A stretch of 64,000 nt of DNA from a virus: positions 1 through 64,000 of the IMG/VR virus record IMGVR_UViG_3300021375_000017. One strand, written 5' to 3'. Each line of letters begins with the position of its first letter. Within the stretch, counting starts at the first letter, position 1. A program made the position numbers and the translations under genes. The notes under the pieces are model-generated. The model ran no database searches. It saw nothing but the letters and a program-made list of their open reading frames with translations, and was not told the DNA's origin. Positions 39,867-47,549 of this stretch are shown in pieces.

Positions 39867-40491
39867 GGTTGAATTTTTAGTTCTGAAAAATCTAATACAC
39901 AATGAAAAATACTTGAGAAAGGTTCTTCCATTCATTAAAGAAGAATATTTTGATGATACTAAATATAAGGTAATCTTCGACGAGATCTCTACCTTTACTG
40001 CTGAGTATAACGAACTCCCTACAAAAGAGATTCTCAATATTGAGATTGAAAAGAGAAGAGATATTAATGAGGACTCTTATAAACAGATTTCTCATGTAGT
40101 TAATTGTCTTGAGGACGATGTTGTAGAGTTTGATTGGTTGGTTAACACTACTGAGAAGTGGTGTCGTGACCGTGCCATTTATCTTGCCTTGATTGAATCC
40201 ATTCAGATTGCTGATGGAGGAGATGTCAAGAAGGCACCAGATGCCATTCCATCTATTCTGTCTGATGCTCTGGCAGTTAGTTTTGACAACCATGTAGGAC
40301 ATGATTACCTTGAAGATTATGAATCACGATACGAGTCTTATCACAGGAAGGAGGAGAGAATTGAATTCGATCTCGACTATTTTAACAAAATCACGAAAGG
40401 TGGGCTCCCTAACAAAACTCTTAACATCGCACTTGCTGGTTGCGTTCATCCAGAAACTAAAGTTAAAATTAGATTTAAGAAGATTTCTTGA
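39859..40491 (+). CDS. gp41: Replicative helicase, N-terminal part, fused to a 16-aa split-intein N-fragment (40441-40488)
   Basis: EKWCRDRA, SFDNHVGHDY and KITKGGLP.KTLNIALAG, then CVHPETKVKIRFKKIS*. Confidence 0.92.
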   Translation: MDKVEFLVLKNLIHNEKYLRKVLPFIKEEYFDDTKYKVIFDEISTFTAEYNELPTKEILNIEIEKRRDINEDSYKQISHVVNCLEDDVVEFDWLVNTTEKWCRDRAIYLALIESIQIADGGDVKKAPDAIPSILSDALAVSFDNHVGHDYLEDYESRYESYHRKEERIEFDLDYFNKITKGGLPNKTLNIALAGCVHPETKVKIRFKKIS

Positions 40492-41143
40492 TTATGGAAT
40501 TTGGTGCTGGTTCTCCAGTTCCAAATTTCCATCCTTCGTTTAATTTAGTATCAATATTTTCTGGTAGTATTCTTTTCCATCCCTTTGTTCCTGGTAAGTA
40601 CATTACCTTTTTTCCTTTATGTGCTTTACCTCCAAGAGATGCTCTTTGTTGTCTTCCTTGATTAGACGCCCAGTAATTGAATTCTTTAGATGCTCTTTGC
40701 TTTCCTCCAAAAGATGCTCTTTCCTTTCTACCTTCTTCTGTACTCCAGTAATAAAAATTTTTAATGTTATCTTTTAAATATTCTTGTTTTTGAGTTTCCA
40801 TTCCTTTGACCATCCATTCTTTTCTTTCATCTATTGGAACAGAAAAGAAACCAATCTTATTATCTCTACAAAATTCCCCAATTATTTTTCTATATTGTGG
40901 AGATAAGTTTGCTCCTAACATTTTCATAGACCTTAAGTCATTTGGATTTTTGTATATTTTCCATAACAAATAATGTGCTATGATATGTTCTCTAACATTT
41001 AGGTATGTAAGGTTACAATCATCATCTGTTCCTCCCATATGTTTAGGAACAACATGATGTTCGTGTAGTCCTGAATATTTTTTATAATCTTCTTTTCTTG
41101 ACTTATTGCCTTTGCATAAGTTAGAATAGATACGATCAAACAT
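40475..41143 (-). mobile_element. HNH homing endonuclease lying antisense between the gp41 split-intein halves
   Basis: HEHHVVPKHMGG...NLTYL.VREH..AHYLL. Minus-strand TATAAATA at 41166-41173. Confidence 0.88.
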
Positions 41144-41177
41144 TCCCTGTCCCTGCTACTGCTATTATTTATATAAA

Positions 41178-42353
41178 ATGTGGATTGAAAAAGAAACAAC
41201 AATTGCTGAAATCAAAACATTACTTGATAATGGATATGAAGTAGAAGTTGATTCTCCCGATGGATATGTTCCAGTTAATTTCTTTATTAACAAAGGAATG
41301 TATGATGAATATGTTTTGAGAATCGATGGCATTGATGAACTTATAAGATGCAATGCCAATCATTTATTTCAGACATCTTTGGGGTGGATGAGTGCATCGC
41401 ATCTTTATAAAAAATATAAAATAATGCATTTTTTAACCGAGAGTGGTTATAAACTTGGTAGTGTATTTAAAACAGGAAATCAAATACCTATTGTTGATAT
41501 TAATGTAAATCATCCAAATCACAGGTATTATACTAATGGAGTTTCTTCTCATAATACTGGCGTCGGGAAATCTCTATTCATGTGCCATGTGGCTAGCTCC
41601 GTCTTGCTCCAAGGGAGGAACGTTCTCTACATTACAATGGAGATGGCAGAAGAGCGCATTGCTGAAAGAATTGATGCGAACCTCTTGAATGTAAATATCC
41701 AGGAAATTGTTGACCTTCCAAAACAAATGTTTGAAACAAAGGTTACAAACCTGGCACAAAAGACTCAAGGTCACCTAATTATTAAGGAGTATCCTACTGC
41801 CTCTGCTCATGCTGGACACTTCAAATCACTTCTTAATGAACTTGCACTTAAGAAGTCATTTCGACCTGATATTATTTTCATTGATTACCTTAATATATGT
41901 TCTTCCGAAAGATATCGCGGAAATAGCACTGTCAATTCATATTCATATATTAAAGCAATTGCTGAAGAACTTAGAGGACTTGCTGTTGAAGCAAACGTCC
42001 CTATCATATCTGCCACTCAGACCACTCGTTCTGGTTATGGTAGCTCTGACGTTGAGCTTACTGACACTAGTGAGTCCTTTGGTCTCCCTGCTACTGCTGA
42101 TCTTATGTTTGCCCTTATTTCGACTGAAGAGTTGGAATCGTTGGGACAAATACTTGTAAAGCAATTGAAGAATAGGTATAATGATTACTCTGTCCATAGA
42201 CGTTTTGTTGTTGGTATTGATCGTGCCAAGATGAGATTATATGATTGTGAACAGTCTGCACAGGATGACCTTCTTGACAATGGTAAGGAAGAAGAGTACA
42301 ATAATGATGAACAAGAAAAACCTAAAAAATCATTTAGTGGATTTAAATTTTAA
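41178..42353 (+). CDS. gp41: 126-aa split-intein C-fragment (41178-41555) fused to the helicase C-terminal part
   Basis: Block B CNANH, block F IVDINV and block G SSHN, then TGVGKS, which completes Walker A. DYLNIC, SESFG and KNRY follow. Confidence 0.93.
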   Translation: MWIEKETTIAEIKTLLDNGYEVEVDSPDGYVPVNFFINKGMYDEYVLRIDGIDELIRCNANHLFQTSLGWMSASHLYKKYKIMHFLTESGYKLGSVFKTGNQIPIVDINVNHPNHRYYTNGVSSHNTGVGKSLFMCHVASSVLLQGRNVLYITMEMAEERIAERIDANLLNVNIQEIVDLPKQMFETKVTNLAQKTQGHLIIKEYPTASAHAGHFKSLLNELALKKSFRPDIIFIDYLNICSSERYRGNSTVNSYSYIKAIAEELRGLAVEANVPIISATQTTRSGYGSSDVELTDTSESFGLPATADLMFALISTEELESLGQILVKQLKNRYNDYSVHRRFVVGIDRAKMRLYDCEQSAQDDLLDNGKEEEYNNDEQEKPKKSFSGFKF

Positions 42354-42757
42354 TGACTGTAAATACTGAAGCATATCTTGAATTTGTCAATGCCGTCACC
42401 TCACAACAAAGTAAAGATCACGAAGCATTCCTCTATCGTCTTCAAGAATTGGAAGGCCAAGAGTTTCCTACCGAGCGACTGTTTACTGCTGCTGTAGGAA
42501 TGTCTGCTGAGGCAGGTGAGTTTACTGAAGTTGTCAAGAAGATCGTCTTCCAAGGTAAACCAGTAAATGAAGAAAACTTATTTCATCTGAAACGTGAACT
42601 TGGTGATATTATGTGGTATGTTGCTCAAGCGTGTATGGGTCTTGATACGACCATTGATGAAATTATTGAGATGAATGTTGAGAAACTGAAGTCTCGTTAT
42701 CCTGGTGGAGAATTTTCCGTAAAACATTCCGAAGTCCGAAAGGAAGGTGATGTATGA
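42353..42757 (+). CDS. mazG: MazG-family nucleotide pyrophosphohydrolase
   Basis: EAGEF.E.VKK, ELGDIMWY and N..KL..RYP. Confidence 0.9.
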   Translation: MTVNTEAYLEFVNAVTSQQSKDHEAFLYRLQELEGQEFPTERLFTAAVGMSAEAGEFTEVVKKIVFQGKPVNEENLFHLKRELGDIMWYVAQACMGLDTTIDEIIEMNVEKLKSRYPGGEFSVKHSEVRKEGDV

Positions 42758-43449
42758 CCTACGACTTCTCATTTGCACATTCACCTGAAGGATTTGATAA
42801 TCATATCAACGATAGTATTCGTGGATATTCAAACCTCCTAGAAGATACTGTATCGTTCTCTCGATACTTTGTGGAGGATCATACTAAAGTTGTTGATGTT
42901 GGATGTTCAACTGGTAAACTTACCAAGATGATTATTGACAACAATCCTAATCGTCAGTACGCACATTATGTGGGTGTAGAACTTGCTGGTAGTTTTTATG
43001 ATGATCTTGAGGAACGTCATATAGAGGTTCGTAAAGAATACCCTGGTGCATTGTTAGAATGGGTTCGTGGTAATGTCACTAACTATGAGTTCAAGAACTG
43101 TTCTCTAGTAACATCACTGTTTACTCTACAGTTTATGCCCAAGACTACCAGACAAGATACGATCAATAAGATCTATAATGGTCTCAATGAAGGTGGTGCA
43201 TTTATCTTTGCTGAGAAGTTGATGTGTGAGAATGCATTCTTTCAAGAACTTCTTACCTTTAATCATTATGATTACAAGAGAAAGACTTTCAGTGCAGAAC
43301 AAATCATGGATAAGGAGAAACAACTTCGTGATATGTTGAAACCTAATACATGGTCTGAACTAAGAGATATGGTGATGACTGCGGGGTTCAAAGACTGTCA
43401 GATCTTCTGGAGAAACCATCAGTTCGTTGGAGTTATTGCAATTAAGTAA
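42754..43449 (+). CDS. cmoA: CmoA-like carboxy-S-adenosylmethionine synthase homologue
   Basis: Collinear with bacterial CmoA by eye: S.RGYSN, VD.GCS.G, FTLQF, R...I.KIY.GL..GGA...EK, H.D.KR, AGF and F....AIK. Confidence 0.75.
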   Translation: MTYDFSFAHSPEGFDNHINDSIRGYSNLLEDTVSFSRYFVEDHTKVVDVGCSTGKLTKMIIDNNPNRQYAHYVGVELAGSFYDDLEERHIEVRKEYPGALLEWVRGNVTNYEFKNCSLVTSLFTLQFMPKTTRQDTINKIYNGLNEGGAFIFAEKLMCENAFFQELLTFNHYDYKRKTFSAEQIMDKEKQLRDMLKPNTWSELRDMVMTAGFKDCQIFWRNHQFVGVIAIK

Positions 43450-44846
43450 TGTGTGGAATTATTGGTGGATTTGATATTCCACAAATTGAAAAAGGTTTGA
43501 ACTCTATTATTCATAGGGGACCAGATAACCAACAGATTGTCCAAATGGAGAACATCTATTTTGGACATGTTCGTTTGTCTATTATTGATACTAGTAATGA
43601 GTCAAATCAGCCATTTGTTTATGGTGACACCACCATGATCTTCAATGGTACCATTTGGAACTATCGTGAGTTAAGAGAAGAATTGAATATTGAAACAAAG
43701 ACTTCAGGTGACACTGAGGTACTTTGTGCTATCTTGGATAGGTATGGTATTGAAGGATTGAATAAAGTTCAAGGAATGTTTGCCATTGCATTTACTCAAG
43801 GAGACGGTTCTATTACTATTGTGAGAGACCGTCATGGTGAAGTTCCTCTTCATTACTCTCTCCTTACAGGTCTCTTTCCATCATTCTCTTTCTGTTCAGA
43901 GATCAAAGGTCTTTTGGCAATGGGGGAGATTGGTAAAACAGTTAAAATGTTAGAACCCGGATCATTTATTAAGGTTTCCTCTGATTACTCTGTAAAAGAG
44001 GGGTATTGGTATAACGTCAGAGAACATATCGAAGATACTTCTACATGGAACTTTAATGATTCTAAAGCGATGGTTTATAGAAACATTGTGATGGGTTCAT
44101 TTGAAAGAACTGTTGCCGATGTTCCTGTTGCATGCTTACTCTCTGGTGGTATTGATTCTGCTATCACAACTCTCATTGCATCTAAACACATCCCAAACTT
44201 GGTGACATATACTGCAGTCCATGATGAGAACTCAAAAGATTTAAAGTCTGCTAGAAAAGTTGCTAAATATTTGGGAGTTGAACTCCGAGAAGTTATAGTT
44301 CAACCACCTACCATCGATGATGTTAATGATGTTATCAATACCATTGAGATGCCATATAAGGCCCAAGTAGAGATTGGATATCCTTGTATTCAACTTGCAA
44401 AAAGAATCCATGAAGATGGTTTTAAGGTGATTATGTCAGGTGAAGGTAGTGACGAACTCTGGGCATCCTATGGTATGAGTTACCATGGTATTAAGGATAA
44501 AGGTTGGACTGACTATAGAATAGGACTCTTTGGTTCACAACATCGTAAAAATTTCACAAGATGTAATAAGATTTTTATGAAGTATGGTATTGAATGTAGA
44601 CTACCTTTTTTAAACACTCAGTTAGTAGAGACTGCACTTGGTCTCAGTCAAGATACTGTTTGGGACGGTAAAGCTAGACCTAAAGCAATTCTCCAAGAGG
44701 CTTTCAGAGGTCAACTCCCAGATGATATTGTTGATAGAAAGAAGGTAGCATTTCAGGATGGTATGGGAATCAAATCTCTTTACGAAGACATTGTAGATTC
44801 TCCAAAAACATATTACACTAAACACTATAAGAAACAGTTCTCATGA
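43449..44846 (+). CDS. Asparagine synthetase B-like glutamine amidotransferase / ATP-dependent amidase
   Basis: Ntn MCGI, HRGPD, H.RLSIID, FNG.IWN, SGDTEV, PP-loop LSGGIDS, SGEGSDE and R.PFL. Confidence 0.88.
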   Translation: MCGIIGGFDIPQIEKGLNSIIHRGPDNQQIVQMENIYFGHVRLSIIDTSNESNQPFVYGDTTMIFNGTIWNYRELREELNIETKTSGDTEVLCAILDRYGIEGLNKVQGMFAIAFTQGDGSITIVRDRHGEVPLHYSLLTGLFPSFSFCSEIKGLLAMGEIGKTVKMLEPGSFIKVSSDYSVKEGYWYNVREHIEDTSTWNFNDSKAMVYRNIVMGSFERTVADVPVACLLSGGIDSAITTLIASKHIPNLVTYTAVHDENSKDLKSARKVAKYLGVELREVIVQPPTIDDVNDVINTIEMPYKAQVEIGYPCIQLAKRIHEDGFKVIMSGEGSDELWASYGMSYHGIKDKGWTDYRIGLFGSQHRKNFTRCNKIFMKYGIECRLPFLNTQLVETALGLSQDTVWDGKARPKAILQEAFRGQLPDDIVDRKKVAFQDGMGIKSLYEDIVDSPKTYYTKHYKKQFS

Positions 44847-46012
44847 AACTCCCCTACAAATTACAAGATGTTTATGACGGTGAAGCTCAACAGAAGTTCA
44901 CTGTCATTTCTACGTTCGCTGGTGGAGGTGGTTCGTCCACTGGTTATCGTCTTGCAGGTGGTAAGATCCTCTGTATCAATGAGTTTGTAGAAGAGGCAAG
45001 AAATACTTATTCCGAGAATTATCCATCTACTACTATTTTACCTGGTGATATTAAGGAGTTGACAGGTAAAGACTTCCTTGAAGCCACTGGTCTCAAACAA
45101 GGAGAACTTGATATTCTTGATGGTTCACCACCATGTTCTGCATTCTCTGTTGCAGGTTCAATGTGTCATAACATCTATGAAGAAGAGAGGGTAGACTTAT
45201 TTGGAAACACCTACACCACTAGAGTTAGTGGTAAACATTCTGATGGTTGGGGAAAGACAAAAACTTATTCTGACGGTAAACAAGTTGAAAATATTGAAGA
45301 TTTGTTTTTTGAATATATCCGTATAGCAAAAGACATTCAACCAAAAGTAATTGTTGCAGAGAATGTCAAAGGATTGACTGTTGGTGAAGCTAAAACATAC
45401 TATGCAAAGATTACAAATGCATTTACAGAAATTGGATACCTAGTCACTTCTAAAGTAATGAAAGCATCAAATCATGGTGTGGGACAAGGACGGGAGAGAC
45501 TTATCTTTATTGGAGTTCGTGAAGATATTGCAGATAAGATCGGAATGTTGATTACTGGAGTCAATAGTATATTTCCCAGACCTTCAAAAGAATCAACTAC
45601 AATTTCTGATATCATTGATGGTGTTGAGAATAATTCTGAAGATGTTAAAACTCTTACTGAAAAGTTGGTAAGTAGTAACATATACAAAAATGTTATCAGT
45701 AAGATGCCCAAGAATCCAGATAAAGTTTTGACTGGTATGGACTATCACCCTAAAGGACATTGTTTTAATACAAAGAGAGTCTCTTTAAAAAAACCATCTC
45801 CAACTCTTACTGCTAGTGGTGGTTTGATTCATTGGAACGAAGATCGTCCATTGACTGTTCCAGAACTTAAACGTATTCAATCACTTCCTGATGACTTTGT
45901 TTTGACTGGTACATATTCTCAACAGTCTGAAAGAGTGGGTAGAATGGTTCCACCTCTGATGATGAAAGCAATAGCAGAAAACATTTACAAAGAAGTCCTA
46001 TCTAAACTATAG
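44843..46012 (+). CDS. DNA cytosine-C5 methyltransferase-fold enzyme, predicted carboxymethyltransferase
   Basis: Motif I FAGGGG, IV GSPPC, VI ENV, VIII Q.RER, IX R.LT..E..RIQ, and X VGRMVPP (Arg in place of Asn). Confidence 0.88.
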   Translation: MKLPYKLQDVYDGEAQQKFTVISTFAGGGGSSTGYRLAGGKILCINEFVEEARNTYSENYPSTTILPGDIKELTGKDFLEATGLKQGELDILDGSPPCSAFSVAGSMCHNIYEEERVDLFGNTYTTRVSGKHSDGWGKTKTYSDGKQVENIEDLFFEYIRIAKDIQPKVIVAENVKGLTVGEAKTYYAKITNAFTEIGYLVTSKVMKASNHGVGQGRERLIFIGVREDIADKIGMLITGVNSIFPRPSKESTTISDIIDGVENNSEDVKTLTEKLVSSNIYKNVISKMPKNPDKVLTGMDYHPKGHCFNTKRVSLKKPSPTLTASGGLIHWNEDRPLTVPELKRIQSLPDDFVLTGTYSQQSERVGRMVPPLMMKAIAENIYKEVLSKL

Positions 46013-46061
46013 AAACTCTTCAATATAAATAATGATAATAGAAGTTGTTAGAACTAAAACC

Positions 46062-47534
46062 ATGTCGGATATGAGTAATCTGTACAGAGCTTATTCAGCT
46101 GTACACAGTTCTGAAGTTAGTGATCAGTTGAGTGAGTCTAGAGATCTCATTTCTGATATGCAGTTCAACCAACTGAACTCCTCTGATCTTCAGGAAGTTG
46201 CTGAAGAGATTCTGGAAGAGATGTTTGAACTTAGTCTTGATATTGAACAATCTTCTGATATCATTGCTGATATTTTGAGTGAGGCACTGAAGACCAGTCA
46301 GTCTGACCTCAAGTCACAAAAGATTGACTATATTGGAGAAGCATTTGATGCTGCTCTTGAGAATGGTCATACTGTAGAAAGATTCCTTGGTTATAGAAGG
46401 TCTAAGAAAGTTCAGGAGAACTTCCACAATACTTCCAACGAAGATCGTAGTAGTAAGAGACTTCACGAAGCCCTGATTGCTCAAGAGAGAAAGAACATCA
46501 AAGAAGGTATTCTTTCCCTGATTGAGAAGAAGACAAAAGATTCTTCTTACCTTGAGACCAACATGAAGAAGAGAGCGGAGAATAATGAGAAGGCCCGTAA
46601 GGACATGGAGAAGATGGGTTCAATGAAGAACCCCCAACTTGAAGAGTTCTCTCAAATCAGAAAAGATTGGAGTAGTGCCTACTCTTCCATCTATGAGAAG
46701 ATGGATCCTGTTGGTCAGGAAGATGGTGACATCGATAATGATGGTGATGAGGATAAGTCTGATAAGTATCTTGCTAATCGTCGTAAGGCCATTGGTAAGT
46801 CTATGGGTAAGAAAGGTAAGTGTGAGAAGTGTGGTAAAGATCCCTGTGAGTGTGATAAGAAAGAAGTAGAAGAAGGTTACAAGGAACTTCCTAAGAACAA
46901 GATGTTCCGTAAGGCAGGTAACCTAGGACGTGAAGCGATCAGTACTCCTATTGATCCTGAGAAGCGTCAAAAGGCATATGATCGTTCTAAGAAAATCGTT
47001 AAGACTCTCAACAAAGCAAACGAAGAAGTCCAACAGGTTGATGAAGCAATCACCAGCGAAAAGGGTAAAGAAAAAATGAAGAAGATGATTGATGCTCGCA
47101 CCACTGATTCTGGTAGAGCAAAGCCAGGTAAAGGTCAAAACGTTAAAGACATTAGGCACATTGGTCGTGCTAATGTTGATGGGTATGGTGGTACACCTTC
47201 CAATCTAAAGGTTGCCAAGAACCCAGTAAAATCTAACTTCACTGGTCTCAATAGTGGAACCGGCAACAAAGCAGCAAAAAGAGCAGCAGCACTAAAGAAA
47301 GAAGAAGTAACATTCTCTGAAGCTGAACTGAAAGCCATTCAGACAAAGGTTGATGCATGGGATGTTGAAGAAGGTTATCAGCGTAATCCCGAGAAGGGAG
47401 AGGCTCAAGCAAGAAAGTCTGAAACTTCTGGTCAAAAGACAGAGAGAAATGTCCGTGATAGACTGAAGACTATGGATCCTAAGAAGGCTGAAGCAATGAA
47501 GAAACAGATGAGAGCTGTTGGTTTAAGTGTTTGA
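46062..47534 (+). CDS. Modular late protein, probable head-internal protein
   Basis: TATAAATA at 46025. Acidic N-half, then basic modules separated by hydrophobic-X-E sites. Confidence 0.55.
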   Translation: MSDMSNLYRAYSAVHSSEVSDQLSESRDLISDMQFNQLNSSDLQEVAEEILEEMFELSLDIEQSSDIIADILSEALKTSQSDLKSQKIDYIGEAFDAALENGHTVERFLGYRRSKKVQENFHNTSNEDRSSKRLHEALIAQERKNIKEGILSLIEKKTKDSSYLETNMKKRAENNEKARKDMEKMGSMKNPQLEEFSQIRKDWSSAYSSIYEKMDPVGQEDGDIDNDGDEDKSDKYLANRRKAIGKSMGKKGKCEKCGKDPCECDKKEVEEGYKELPKNKMFRKAGNLGREAISTPIDPEKRQKAYDRSKKIVKTLNKANEEVQQVDEAITSEKGKEKMKKMIDARTTDSGRAKPGKGQNVKDIRHIGRANVDGYGGTPSNLKVAKNPVKSNFTGLNSGTGNKAAKRAAALKKEEVTFSEAELKAIQTKVDAWDVEEGYQRNPEKGEAQARKSETSGQKTERNVRDRLKTMDPKKAEAMKKQMRAVGLSV

Positions 47535-47549
47535 TATCTCGGAGTCCCG

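Noticed and set aside
42754-44846. cmoA and asnB as independent metabolic or tRNA-modification genes
   Set aside because: There is no cmoB in the window. Tight coupling to a motif-X-altered DNA methyltransferase favours a DNA-directed pathway, although this is not proven.
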